A DNA stretch of 64,000 bases from Waddliaceae bacterium (lineage in GTDB: Bacteria > Chlamydiota > Chlamydiia > Chlamydiales > Waddliaceae): positions 497,903 to 561,902 of the forward strand of contig CAVRUH010000007.1 of the NCBI GenBank assembly GCA_963724325.1, given 5' to 3'. Position numbers and translations under genes: made by a program. The notes below the pieces were generated by a model. It searched no databases and was not told where the DNA came from. It saw nothing but the letters and a program-made list of their open reading frames with translations. Positions 42,196-53,478 of this stretch are shown here, piece after piece (the stretch's first letter is position 1; every line of letters starts with the position of its first letter).

Positions 42196-43512
42196 ATGAG
42201 TATGGATGAACATTATGATGCCCTATTGGAAGGTCTTGACCAACTACAGCTAGCAACTGTCAATGGAAGGGTTACGGAAACCGTGGGGATGTTGATGAAA
42301 GCTATCGTCCCCAACGTCAAGATTGGTGAAATCTGCCTTGTAAAAAGAGAAGGCGAGCCATTGCGAGCAGAAGTTGTAGGTTTTACAAGAGACGAGGTCT
42401 TTCTAGCCCCTCTGGGCTCTATGACTGGCGTCGGCCCCTCGTCAGAAGTAATCCCAACTTACCTCCCTCTTCATATCAAAGTCGGCAATGCATTGCTCGG
42501 AAGAGTCCTCAATGGACTTGGCGAACCTATGGATACCGCTACGAAGGGACCACTGGAACTCACCGAGACATACCCTGTTATTCAGAATCCTCCCGATCCA
42601 TTGAAGCGTCAGCGGATAACTGAACCTATTTCGATAGGCATCAGGGCTGTCGATGCCTGCTTGTCTACAGGCCTTGGACAGCGTGTTGGTATTTTTGCTG
42701 CTGCAGGCGGTGGTAAGTCGACCCTATTGGGAATGATTGCAAGAGGCGCATCAGCCGATGTTAACGTTATTGCGCTGATTGGTGAGCGTGGCCGCGAGGT
42801 GCGCGACTTTATTGAAAAAGATTTAGGTCCTGAAGGACTTAAAAAGTCAGTTCTTGTTATATCAACCTCAGATCAGGCCTCACAGACCCGTTTGAATGCT
42901 GCCTATGTGGGAACTGCCATTGCTGAATACTTCCGCGATCAGGGGAAAAAAGTTATATTGATGATGGACTCGGTTACCCGTTTTGCGCGTGCTCTGCGTG
43001 AGGTAGGACTTGCAGCCGGAGAACCCCCTGCACGTGCAGGTTATACTCCATCAGTCTTCTCGACATTGCCTCGATTGCTAGAGCGTTCAGGCAACTCCGA
43101 TGTTGGTTCTATTACCGCCTTCTACACAATTCTGGTGGCTGGCGATGACATGAACGAACCAGTTGCCGATGAAGTTCGTTCTATCCTGGATGGTCACATC
43201 ATTCTCTCGGCAGAACTGGCACATAAATTCCACTATCCTGCGATTGATATACTCCCCTCTGCAAGCCGTGTGATGCAGAGCATTGTTGCGAAAGAGCACC
43301 TTATGTTAGTGGGTAAATTGAAAGAGGTGCTGGCAAACTATAAAAAGAACGAACTGCTAATCAAGATTGGCGAATACAAACGGGGCGCTGATAAGGCTGG
43401 CGACTTCGCTATAGACCACATTGAGAAGGTCAATAATTTTCTGAAGCAGGGAACTGAAGAGAAATGCAGTTGGAACGAAACGATGCAGCTATTGAAAGCG
43501 CTCTTCAAATAA
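42196..43512 (+). CDS. cdsN: T3SS ATPase CdsN/SctN
   Basis: Walker [37 protein letters not shown]. Confidence 0.97.
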   Translation: MSMDEHYDALLEGLDQLQLATVNGRVTETVGMLMKAIVPNVKIGEICLVKREGEPLRAEVVGFTRDEVFLAPLGSMTGVGPSSEVIPTYLPLHIKVGNALLGRVLNGLGEPMDTATKGPLELTETYPVIQNPPDPLKRQRITEPISIGIRAVDACLSTGLGQRVGIFAAAGGGKSTLLGMIARGASADVNVIALIGERGREVRDFIEKDLGPEGLKKSVLVISTSDQASQTRLNAAYVGTAIAEYFRDQGKKVILMMDSVTRFARALREVGLAAGEPPARAGYTPSVFSTLPRLLERSGNSDVGSITAFYTILVAGDDMNEPVADEVRSILDGHIILSAELAHKFHYPAIDILPSASRVMQSIVAKEHLMLVGKLKEVLANYKKNELLIKIGEYKRGADKAGDFAIDHIEKVNNFLKQGTEEKCSWNETMQLLKALFK

Positions 43513-43533
43513 TTTACAAGAGGACGGTATGCC

Positions 43534-44049
43534 ATGGCAAAAGAGGTATATCCCCTAGCTCAGGTACTCACCATCAAGAACAGACGGGTCGAGAAAGCGG
43601 AACAAGTTGTCCTTGAAAAGAAAAAGGCCCTCGAGTTAGAACAGGAAAAGCTCAAGCAACGCGAAGCTGAAAGAGAGAAAGTTCTGCAGCATCGGAAGGA
43701 TAAACTCAATCAACTTCGGGAAGAACTTGATTCCGGTACTACAGCTGATAAAGTTTTGCAAATGAAAGCCTACCTGAAAGTCGTTGACGAAAGATTAAAG
43801 GTCGAAAATAAGAAGGTAGAGGATCAAAAGGAGCTAGTAAAAGCCGCCGAGAAAAATTTAGAGGTCGCTAAAGAAGATCTGCGCATGAGAAGAGTAGAAG
43901 TAGATAAAATACACACACACAAATTGGACTGGCAGAGGGCCAACGCTCTTCTTGAGTCAAGAAACGAAGAAAAAGAAATGGACGAGGTCGGCAGCACCAT
44001 CTTCATGCTCCAGATGAGAAACAAGAAAACTTCTGCCGACACAAAATAG
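43534..44049 (+). CDS. cdsO: T3SS stalk CdsO/SctO
   Basis: YPLAQVL..K..RV coiled coil, EEKEMDE; follows cdsN. Confidence 0.9.
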   Translation: MAKEVYPLAQVLTIKNRRVEKAEQVVLEKKKALELEQEKLKQREAEREKVLQHRKDKLNQLREELDSGTTADKVLQMKAYLKVVDERLKVENKKVEDQKELVKAAEKNLEVAKEDLRMRRVEVDKIHTHKLDWQRANALLESRNEEKEMDEVGSTIFMLQMRNKKTSADTK

Positions 44050-44062
44050 GAGGAAGAAATAT

Positions 44063-44989
44063 ATGACACCTAGCTCCAATATAGACTCAAATTCAGGAAG
44101 TAATAGCGTAAGCAAAAGCCGTTCATCTCAACCGAAAAATTTTGAGAAAGTGATGCGAAAAGAGCGCCATGACGCAAGACCCCAAGATGATCAAAAGAAG
44201 TTCCTAAAAGCGGCAGAAAAAGAAGCAGAGACGAAAACTGCTTTTGATGCCGTTTACGATGAAAGCGATACGGAAACCGTCGCTAAGCCAATGCCAACAT
44301 TGTTCGATCTCCAAAGCAACCAAGCACCAGGTGAAGATGGCGAAGAGGAAGAAGACATCAAATTGACCCTAAAAGCCATGCCTCCCGAACTACAAAAAGG
44401 GTCTCTTTCAGCCTTATTTAGTAAATTTGGTTCGAGAGAAAAATTGGCTTCCATGCAAAAAGAAGTAAGTGCATCTCAAAAAGGAGAAACCACAGTCTTT
44501 ATGAGAGAACAGCCCGACCTCGCTGCCGTAAATCCAAATGCAGGAGCAAGCATTCAGCCCATTTCATTCGAAACCGTCAAAGAAAGCGCTGCTCAATTGC
44601 GAACAAATGCAACCGATATGCAAGAACTTGTTGACCAAATTGTCGCAAAGATATACACCCTAAAAGTAGAAGGGAAAATGGATACAGTGATTACGTTGAA
44701 GAACCCACCCATATTTGAAGGGGCAAATTTGACGATAACCACATACAACAGTGCGAAAGGACAGTTTAATCTGACATTTGAGAATCTGACGCAAGCAGCT
44801 AAGAATCTTATAGATATGGCGCAAAATCAGAATTCTTTAAGAAATGCCTTAGAACAAAAAGGCTATATGGTGCATATTGTAGTTGCAAGCACGACTACGT
44901 TAGAAAACAAACCGGTTGCCGAAGGACAGGGTCTCCCAACCAATGAAGAAGACCGCAGAAGGCGACGAGAAGAGGAAAAGGAAGAATAA
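44063..44989 (+). CDS. cdsP: T3SS ruler CdsP/SctP
   Basis: Disordered N-terminus, FliK-like C-terminal domain; synteny. Confidence 0.78.
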   Translation: MTPSSNIDSNSGSNSVSKSRSSQPKNFEKVMRKERHDARPQDDQKKFLKAAEKEAETKTAFDAVYDESDTETVAKPMPTLFDLQSNQAPGEDGEEEEDIKLTLKAMPPELQKGSLSALFSKFGSREKLASMQKEVSASQKGETTVFMREQPDLAAVNPNAGASIQPISFETVKESAAQLRTNATDMQELVDQIVAKIYTLKVEGKMDTVITLKNPPIFEGANLTITTYNSAKGQFNLTFENLTQAAKNLIDMAQNQNSLRNALEQKGYMVHIVVASTTTLENKPVAEGQGLPTNEEDRRRRREEEKEE

Positions 44990-44992
44990 AAA

Positions 44993-46228
44993 GTGAGCGA
45001 CACAACCTACGATTGGATCAAAAAAATACCTGGCAGCCTTTTAGAACATGACGAATTGCCTTTGCTTGGCTCCCCTCCACAATTCCCTTGGGATGGTTTC
45101 ATAGCAAAACTCTCAGAGACCTTCCCCAATAATACCATAACTGTAGAATCATCTGAACCTAAATGGCTTTCTGAAGATGAACTCTTTTCAGGACTGGGCA
45201 CACCAACAAAATTTCTCGCTATGACCATCTCCTCCCTTGAAGGAAATGTTTACTGGGCCCTAGCCGAAGAAGAACTTGCCCGCTTAATGGGAGCCCTTTT
45301 GGGGAATGCTGTCACTGATCCTGAGTATTTAGAAGGTTTTCATCATTTCCTCGCTCTTGAAGCCATTAATGCAGCCAGAAAGGGAGGATTTGATTCCCAT
45401 CTATCTGTCCAATTAATGACAGCCGACGAAAAACCATCAGGCACCCAGCTTGGATTTGATATAACAATAACACTTAACGGAAGCGCTTTTACAGGTCGCC
45501 TATTCATCAACACTACCTTGAGCACATCCCTCAAGAACCACTACTACAAAGAATCTGAAAAAGCACTTTACAACTCGGAACTAGCAGAAAAAATCAATGT
45601 ATTAGCTAGCCTGGAAGTAGGCTCCACAAAACTCACACCGAAAGAGTGGTCAACGGTATCACTCGGTGATTTTGTGATTTTAGACAATTGCCATTTTAAA
45701 CCTGGAGACAACAAAGGCATAGTGATGCTATCTTACAAAGGAAAGCCTCTCTTCATTGCCAAACTACAGGAAGATGGCACAGTAAAATTATCAGAACGTT
45801 CCCTTTATAATGAGGTAAAAATGGATAACAATGAACATGAAGATGAATTCGAAGATGAAGAGTTTGAAGAAGAGGAAGAAGACTTCGAAGAGGAAGAAAC
45901 AAGTGTTGTAGAAGAGCACGAAGAAGGAGAAGAAGAAGCTCCAGCTGAGCAAGAAGAACAATCAGCTCCTGCTGAGGCTGCTGTCGTGCCGACAGAAGAA
46001 AAAAAACAAGCTAAAGACCCAGATGACATTCCTCTCAACATAGTTGTGGAGATGGCACGCATCCGATTACCTCTAAAGACCCTAATGAACCTCCAGCCAG
46101 GAAACCTGCTCGAGCTCAACATAAACCCCGCAAAGAACGTAGATCTCGTCGTCAATGGCACACGCATCGCAACAGGTGAACTTCTGCAGATTGGAGAATC
46201 CTTAGGGGTACGAATATTAGAAAAATAG
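44993..46228 (+). CDS. cdsQ: T3SS C-ring protein CdsQ/SctQ
   Basis: Two SpoA/FliMN-C domains (LEVGSTKL; IVVEMARIRL..GELLQIGESLGVRIL) separated by an acidic linker. Confidence 0.93.
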   Translation: MSDTTYDWIKKIPGSLLEHDELPLLGSPPQFPWDGFIAKLSETFPNNTITVESSEPKWLSEDELFSGLGTPTKFLAMTISSLEGNVYWALAEEELARLMGALLGNAVTDPEYLEGFHHFLALEAINAARKGGFDSHLSVQLMTADEKPSGTQLGFDITITLNGSAFTGRLFINTTLSTSLKNHYYKESEKALYNSELAEKINVLASLEVGSTKLTPKEWSTVSLGDFVILDNCHFKPGDNKGIVMLSYKGKPLFIAKLQEDGTVKLSERSLYNEVKMDNNEHEDEFEDEEFEEEEEDFEEEETSVVEEHEEGEEEAPAEQEEQSAPAEAAVVPTEEKKQAKDPDDIPLNIVVEMARIRLPLKTLMNLQPGNLLELNINPAKNVDLVVNGTRIATGELLQIGESLGVRILEK

Positions 46229-46251
46229 GGACTAAGGAGGCTTATGTCATT

Positions 46252-46527
46252 TGACATGCCCTCTTCGTGGGCCAGTCGGGCCATGGCACGGCAGAGGAAC
46301 GCCTTGGTAGCGTAGGCCACCCCGTCCCCCCACGCCTCGACGGCCTCGCTGCAGGCCTGGCGCAGATGGTCCTCGTCGTAGACGAACAGGGGCGTTCCAT
46401 ACTCGGCGGCAATGTCGAGAAGGTCGATGCCGCCGACGTACAGATGGCCGTCGGGTCCGGCGACCGCCGTCCGAGGAAGGAGTACGCGCTCCACCGCGGC
46501 AGTGGCACCTCCGTCGTCCGTAGGCAT
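46252..46527 (-). CDS. lysA: diaminopimelate decarboxylase, 5' part truncated at sequence junction
   Basis: EYGTPLFVYDE..VAYATKAFLC (PLP lysine); homology stops at ~46252 where base composition switches. Confidence 0.9.
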
Positions 46528-46607
46528 GGAGAAGCAGGATACGGCAGCCTCGGGACGACCCGGAACCGGAGTGACGGCGGGGAGGAGTACGATCGTCCCC
46601 TGCTCAT

Positions 46608-46679
46608 GCCCCCGTAGCTCAGCGGATAGAGCACCGGCCTCCGGAGCCGGTGGCGCAGGTTCGAGTCCTGCCGGGGGCG
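46608..46679 (+). tRNA. tRNA-Arg (CCG)
   Basis: GCCCCCG/CGGGGGC acceptor stem, anticodon arm CCGGC-CTCCGGA-GCCGG, GGTTCGAGTCC T loop. Confidence 0.96.
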
Positions 46680-46713
46680 CACACCGGACCCGATCCGGGG
46701 TTTGTGCCTGTAA

Positions 46714-47548
46714 TCAGCCTTCACCATCGCCAACCTCCGAGTCCTGCTGGACGATCTTCGCCACCTGCTGGGCGATGAAGGCTTCCGGGTCTTGGGCCCG
46801 GGGAACGAGCGCCTCCTCACGCAGCTGCGGGTGGGTGAGGAGCAGGAAGCGGTTCGTGAGTATGGCGTCGCGGACCTGCTCCCCCACCGTCTCGCCGGTC
46901 AACAGCTCGAGCTCTGCTCCGGGGCCGTGGAGCTTGACGGGCGGACCCCAGAAGGTCATCTGCCGCCCGATGTTGGTGGCAACCGGGCCGGGGCACAAGC
47001 AGGTGACACCTATGCCCTTGGGCCGTAGGTACAAGGCAAGGGACTCCGACAAGGCGACCACCGCGCCCTTGGTCGCCGAGTACGGCAACCGCTCGTAGGA
47101 GTACGCGAAGAGGGCAGCAGTCGAAGCGGTGTTGACGATGTGCCCCGAGCCGCGCTCGAGGAGGAGCGGCAGGAAGCTCGCGTTGCTCCGCACGACGGAC
47201 AGGAGATTCACACTGATGATGCGCTCCCATTCTGCGAGCGGGATGTGCTCCGGGAGACCGACGGCGAGGAGACCGACGTTGTTCATCACGATGTCCACCG
47301 CACCGAACTTGGAGAGGGCGAGGTCACGTGCCGCGTCGAAATCGGCCTGGCTCGTAACGTCGAGCCACGCGCCCACGCTCGATCCACCACTGTGAATCGC
47401 TTCCTCGGCGACGGCGACAGCCGCATCTTCGTCGAGGTCGGTGACCACGACAGCGAGCTCCCGCGGCAGCCAACGCCAGCGCCGTACCTCGTCCGATGCC
47501 GCTCCCGCCTCCGGTGATGACGGCGACCTTTCCGGCAATGCTGTCCAT
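46714..47548 (-). CDS. SDR family oxidoreductase (one frameshift)
   Basis: ITGGGSGIG, MNNVG, NTAS, YSATK, LCPGPVAT. Confidence 0.92.
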
Positions 47549-47581
47549 GGCTCCCGTCCTAACCCCCTGGGCCTCGTTGCT

Positions 47582-48258
47582 TCACAGATAGATCGGCCAG
47601 CTCATCGTGGCCATGTCCGCAGCTTCGAGGGCCGCGAGAGACGAGGCTGAGACGGGCGCTCCGAGAAATCCCACCATGCCGTCGAGCAGGTCGCCCAACT
47701 CGACGGCAAAGGGAAACAGGGGCCGGCCTCGAGCCGGGCGCGCTCGCGGTCCGCGGCGGCGTGCACGATCAGCGCCATCGCCTGGGCAAGGCGGCGGGAT
47801 CGCAGCGGTTCGATGATATGGGTGAGGTAGGAGCCGAGCCGGTCCATGAACGTGCCGGTAGCCGCGTGAACCTCGTCCGGGACGTGCACCAGGAGATCCT
47901 GGTTGTGCTGAAGGAGCATGGCCACGAAGCTCATGTAGTGGCTGCCGTCCAGCTCGCTCTGCTCGAGGACGGCACGAAGCTGGCATTCCACGTAGCCCCG
48001 CAGGTCGCCCGGTCGTCGTTCGTCGAGCAGCAACAGTCGCCGGGCGTGCAGGCGCGGCAACCGGTACTCGAAGACCGCCTGGACGAGCTGCTCCTTCGAC
48101 CCGAAGTGATATCGGACCACGGAGTTGTTTGCGCTTCCGGCACCAGTCGCGATCTGGCGCAGCGACACGCCGTCGACGCCGTGGTCCGCAAAGAGCCGCT
48201 CAGCTGTCAGGACGACCTGCTCTCTGGTAGACGCAGCCACGACCGCCACGGACCGCAT
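47582..48258 (-). CDS. TetR family regulator (frameshift near 3' end)
   Basis: AERLFADHGVDGVSLRQIA..VVRYHFGSKEQL. Confidence 0.9.
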
Positions 48259-48336
48259 CAAACCATGCTGGACAGATATAAGTCAACATCAGTAAGTTTC
48301 AGTCATATAGCTCAACCCAAGGAGGGGTCTCCACGA

Positions 48337-49094
48337 ATGGACGCAACTGCTATTGAGACGTTCCGCGAGGTGATGACCGTCGACCCGCCGGAGGCGCAAT
48401 CGCCGCTTGAACGGGCCACGCTCGACTTCGTGTTCGGCCAGATATGGTCACGCCCCGGACTGGCCGAGGACGCGAGCGCCGCCTGGTCACATTGGCCTGC
48501 GTCGCTGCTGCGGACACGCAGAAGCCGCTCGAGGACCACGTCTACGCCGCACTGAACAGTGGGGACCTCACGATCGAAGAGCTCCTCGAGGTCGTGCTCC
48601 ACTTCGCCGTCTACTGCGGATGGCCCAAAGCGTCCAACTTCGAGATGCACGTCCTTCAGCAATGGGCACACGTCCAGCAGGGGCGGGGCGAGGAGCCGAC
48701 ACCTCTCCCGGTGCTCAGCAACGAGACACTCGGGCTCAACGACTGGGGCGAGCGGATCGAGCGAGGCATGGAGGAATTCCGCGACGTCAACCTTGTGCCG
48801 GCACCACCGCCGGACTCGCCCTACCGGCACGCCGGCATCCTCAACTTCGTCTTCGGACACGTGTGGATGCGGCCCAAGCTCGGGCGCCGTGACCGGCGCT
48901 TCGTCACTCTGGCCTGCGTCGGCCTCGACGATGCGCAGATCCCGATCCAGTCGCACGTGGACTCCGCCCTACGCTCGGGCGACATCACCAAGCCCGAAAT
49001 GGACGAGGTCATCCTCCAGTTCTCCGCCTACTACGGATTCCCCAAGGGGGAGGTGCTCCAGGCGGCGGCGGACGCGGTCGAGCGAACCCGATAG
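48337..49094 (+). CDS. carboxymuconolactone decarboxylase-family protein, two domains (frameshift)
   Basis: Duplicated FVFGxxWxRPxL..RRxVTLAC..YxGxPK motifs. Confidence 0.88.
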
Positions 49095-49105
49095 CTCCTC
49101 TGGCG

Positions 49106-49699
49106 TCAAATACCAGTGTTCGCCTCTCGTAGCACGACGATCGCACCGGCGCTGCCCTCGATGCTGACCTGGGCCGCATCGCGCCGTCCGCTGAGATAGA
49201 GCAGCAACTCGGTGGGTTCGCCGCTGACCACGGCTCCTCCAGCTGAGCCGAAATGCCGAAGCTCGCCCTCGGGTCGGCGCAAGACCAAGCCGTGCGGTCG
49301 GATCTGGCGCGCGACATGCCGGCCGGTGAAGCCGGTCATCCGCCAGGCGATCGGCTCCAGATCGGGTCGGTCGGTCCGCCGGTGTCGACCGTTGGCTCGC
49401 CGAACATCTTCGTGGTGGATGAAGTATTCGACACCGTTGAGAACTGTCCGGATCCGCGGCAGACGCCACGGCACAAGAGGGGGGCCGGCCCGCAGTCGAC
49501 CGATCAGGAACGGAAAACCCTTGGCCTTCTCCATCGATATTCGCTCGTCGGGCCAACGTTTGAAATGCTCGCGCAATACGAGGTGTGCAGCAAGGTCCAG
49601 CGTCGTCCACCCTTCACAAAGGGTCGGAGCGTCGGGCCCGAGCTCCACCAGGAGGTCGCACAATTCACGGCGCTCGCGTGCGTCAATCGGCTCCGCCAT
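49106..49699 (-). CDS. TIGR03085-like metal-binding (maleylpyruvate isomerase-family) protein
   Basis: ERRELCDLL..GPDAPTLCEGWTTLDLAAHLVLRE, EYFIHHEDVRRA. Confidence 0.88.
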   Translation of the reverse strand: MAEPIDARERRELCDLLVELGPDAPTLCEGWTTLDLAAHLVLREHFKRWPDERISMEKAKGFPFLIGRLRAGPPLVPWRLPRIRTVLNGVEYFIHHEDVRRANGRHRRTDRPDLEPIAWRMTGFTGRHVARQIRPHGLVLRRPEGELRHFGSAGGAVVSGEPTELLLYLSGRRDAAQVSIEGSAGAIVVLREANTGI

Positions 49700-49710
49700 C
49701 GCAATGGAGA

Positions 49711-50350
49711 CTAGGCCGTGGACGGGAAGGGGTCGCTCACCGCAGCGGAGGTACTCGCCTTGCGGCGCTTGCCTTCCAGCCGGCTGATGAAGCGCTCGAC
49801 GAATGCGACCGTCTCTGAGTGGCCTGTCGACAATTCGGAGGATTTCCTCCTCAATGACGAGGAATCTGGAGATGCTCGAAATCAACACTGCGGCCACGAC
49901 TGGCGGACACTCGCTGCTCTGAATTTCATACCGCTTGAGGATCGTGGTGAGCGCCTTGAGTTGCTCTGCTCGGAAGCGAGCGGCCGAAGCGGTCATCTCG
50001 ATTCGGATGGCCTTGCGATGGTTCGCCAAGGCGACGAACTCCATCGTCATGGTTGTTCCTCGCGGTTCGCTGCAGAACTCCCAGAGCGCCCACAATGGCT
50101 GGTCGGACGAGAGGGCCTCCGCTTGAAGTTGAAGTCGGTGCTCTGTCCGTCGCTGATGCAGGGCCAGGAAGAGATCGTCCATCGTCCGGAAGTAGTAGTG
50201 CACCAACGCCGGCTTCACGCCCGCCTCGGCGGCGACTCGGCGTGAGGTCACGGCGGCGTAGCCCTCGGCCAACATCAAGGATTCCGCCGAATCCAGCAGA
50301 GCGGCGCGCGTCTTGGACGTTTCTGAGCCGAATCTGCGAGTGGTTACCAT
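49711..50350 (-). CDS. TetR family regulator (frameshift near 3' end)
   Basis: EGYAAVTSRRVAAEAGVKPALVHYYFRTMDDLF. Confidence 0.9.
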
Positions 50351-50424
50351 GGTTCCATGGTAGGACCCTGCGTAGTCCCGCGACGGCTTCGGTGGGCACG
50401 ACCTCGTGAAAGTCCGGCGTCCAG

Positions 50425-50469
50425 GTCGACCACGTCGACCACGTCGACCACGTCGACCACGTCGACCAG
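50425..50469 (+). repeat. 9-bp tandem repeat GTCGACCAC x5
   Basis: Four exact copies plus GTCGACCAG. Confidence 0.9.
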
Positions 50470-50666
50470 GACATCGTCGTTCGCCTGGGGTTTCCGCGCT
50501 TGCCGAAGGGGGATCGGCATGCTAAGCAGTTGCCAGTACTTCTCCGCGACACCGGTCAGACGGGGGTGAGGGTTCGTGAGCGTTGGGCGGACGTGTTACA
50601 TCCTCGAGGTGCACGGCGCCCTCGCCGACCCCCTGACCGACGCAGAGCAGTGAGCGACGCCGGGCA

Positions 50667-51436
50667 ATGAACCGGACGCGGCTCCGGGACCTTTTCGATA
50701 TGACCGGGCGGGTGGTCGTCGTCACAGGCGGCACTCGGGGCATCGGCCGCGCCCTGGCGGAGGGATACGCCTGTGCCGGAGCCAAGGTGGCCGTGGTCGG
50801 TCGGAATGAGGCCGACTGCAAGGAGACGGAGCGGCACCTCCGCGACTTCGGTGGCGACGCGATCGGGTTCGCGGCCGACATGGGGCGTCTGGAAGACCTC
50901 GCGCTGATCGTGGAGCGGACCGTTGAGCGCGTTCGGCGGGATCGATGTCCTGGTGAACAACGCCGGGATCAACGGGCGCCAGCCGGTCGGCTCCTTCACG
51001 GTCGAGGAGTGGCAGCGCATTTTCGACATCAACGTGAAGGGCCCTGTCTTCCTGCTGCAAGAGGCGCTCCCACACCTCAAGAAGAGTCGTCACGGTGTGG
51101 TGCTGAACATCCTCTCGATCGCAGGTTTCTTGAACTCTCGCCAGTCCCCCGTCTACGGCTCGAGCAAGGCGGCCCTTTTCGCGCACACACGGGCCGCCGC
51201 TGCCGAGCTGGCGCAGTATGGAATCCGGGTCAACGGGCTCGTCCCGGGGCCCTTCGACACCGAGCTGATCCGCGAGGTCGAGCGATCCGCAGGTGGCGGC
51301 TCGGGTGACGTTGCTCAAGCGGGTGGCCCATCCGGACGAGGCGGTAGGGCCGGCGCTGATGCTGACCTCCGATGCCGGCAGTTTCGTCACTGGCCAGGTG
51401 CTGTTCGTCGACGGCGGCTACGTCATCGCCCGGTGA
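50667..51436 (+). CDS. SDR family oxidoreductase (frameshifted)
   Basis: [42 protein letters not shown]. Confidence 0.92.
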
Positions 51437-51576
51437 CCCCAAGATCGCCGGCGGTAGTCTGCTTTCCTCGCTGACGTGCGAATGAACCACACGTACGGTG
51501 TGCCGGCAGCATTGACATCACGGCGCCGGGATGCTGAAGTCTCTGCCCAACATTGGCGTGAGAGGATGGTGGGTGC

Positions 51577-52868
51577 GTGAGCAACTACGACTCGGTCGAC
51601 TTCTTCACCGACGAGTCGCTGCTCGAGGACCCCTACCCGTACTTCGAGCACCTGCGGTCGACAGTGCCCGGTCCTGCCGACCACTCACTACGGGGTGGTG
51701 GCCGTGTCGGGCTACGACGAGGCGACCGAGATCTACCGTGACATCGACACGTTCTCCTCGTGCAACTCGGTGATCGGCCCCTTCGCCACCTTCCCCGTTC
51801 CGCTCGAAGGCGACGACGTCGGCGAGATCATCGAGCGCTACCGCGATCAACTTCCGATGAACGAGCACATGGTGACCATGGACCCCCCGCTGCACACCCG
51901 GGAGCGGGCGCTCCTCATGCGGCTGATCACCCCGAAGCGGCTCAAGGAGAACGAGGCGTTCATGTGGCGCCTCGCCGACACGCAGCTCGACGAGTTCATC
52001 GGCGCGGACCACTGCGAGTTCATCAGCGCCTACGCCCAGCCCTTCGCCATGCTCGTCGTCGCCGACGTCCTCGGGGTTCCCGAGGCCGACCACCGGCGTT
52101 TCCGCGAGGGCTTCGGCTGCTGAGCGGCGCGCCGGGTGAGATCGGTGGCGAGCAGGAGCGAATACCAGCTCAACGCCCTCGAATGGCTCGACGACTGGTT
52201 CGCCACGTACATCGAGGACCGCCGGCGCGAGCCCCGCCACGACGTGCTCACCGACTTGGCGCTCGCCAAGTATCCCGACGGCTCCACACCCGAGGTGGCA
52301 GCGGTCGTGCGGACCGCAACGTTTCTGTTCGCCGCCGGTCAGGAGACGACGGCTCGCCTGCTCGCCACCGGCCTGAAGTACCTCGCCGAGTATCCCGAGC
52401 TCCAGGACGAGCTGCGGGCCCACCGCGAGCGCATCCCGGACTTCATCGAGGAGGCGCTTCGCATCGAGAGCCCGGTGAAGGCCGATTTCCGTCTGGCCCG
52501 GCGAGCCACGACGGTCGCCGGGGTCGACATCGCGCCGGGACACCGGTGATGCTGCTCAACGGCGCGGCCAACCGCGACCCGCGGCGGTTCGAGTGTCCGG
52601 CCGAGTTCCGCGTCGACCGGCCCAACGCCAAGGAGCACATCGCCTTCGGGCGTGGCGCCCACTCCTGTCCCGGAGGCCCCCTGGCCCGGGCGGAAGGCCG
52701 TGATCAGCATCGAGCGCATCCTCGACCGGATGCACGACATCCGGCTCTCCGAGGAGCACCACGGCCCGCCCGTCCGCCCGCCACTTCAAGTACGAGCCGA
52801 CCTGGGTCCTGCGCGGCCTCCACGAGCTTCACATCGAGTTCACCCCGGTACAGGAGGCGTCGAAGTAG
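51577..52868 (+). CDS. cytochrome P450 (CYP150-like), frameshifted
   Basis: VDFFTDESLLEDPYPYF, MDPPLHT, AAGQETT, EEALR, haem motif FGRGAHSCPG. Confidence 0.93.
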
Positions 52869-52970
52869 GCCTCTGGCCTGGACAGGCGATGCTGCTACGC
52901 ACTTGCCCGATACTTTCGTCGGGTGCGAGAGTTGAGAGGCGGCGATCGTCCCCGATGGCCCGTGACCCGA

Positions 52971-53478
52971 TTAGCGAGCCTCTTCCCTGCGCTCACCTTC
53001 GAGCTTCTTGATGAAGCGTTCGACGTACACCGACCGTCTCCGCATGACCGCTGGACGATTCGAGGGCCTCTTCCTCTATGACGAGTGACCTAGAGATGCT
53101 CGAGATCAACACCACTGCGACGATGGGAGGACACTCGGTGGACTTGACCCCATACCGCTTCAGGAATTCTCGTCACCGCCTTGAGTTGGTCAGCTCGGAA
53201 GCGAGCTGCCGAGGCTGTCATCTCCGCCCGGATGACCTTGCGATGATTGCCTAGGGCGACGAATTCCATCGTCAGCGCCGTGCCCCGACGATCACGACTG
53301 AAGTCCCACAGAAACCACGTGGGCTGCGTCGAGTTCAGACCTTCAGCCTGAAGTTGAAGTCGGTGCTCGCTTCGTCGGCGATGCAGCGCCAAGAAGAGAT
53401 CGTCCATCGTCCGGAAGTAGTAGTGCACCAACGCCGGCTTCAGACCCGCCTCGGCCGCCACTCGGCGCAAGGTGACGG
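52971..53478 (-). CDS. TetR family regulator, paralogue of 49711-50350, 5' end lost at junction
   Basis: RRVAAEAGLKPALVHYYFRTMDDLFLALH; similarity to the paralogue ends abruptly at ~53478. Confidence 0.85.

Noticed and set aside
45805..46527. 240 aa ORF fusing LysA N-terminus to a Ser-rich tail
   Set aside because: Crosses the 46252 junction; the tail is the antisense of cdsQ
49106..50350. 414 aa TetR-TIGR03085 fusion
   Set aside because: A frameshift near 49830 joins two genes; the natural TetR ending (ETVAFVERFI..) is in another frame and matches the paralogue
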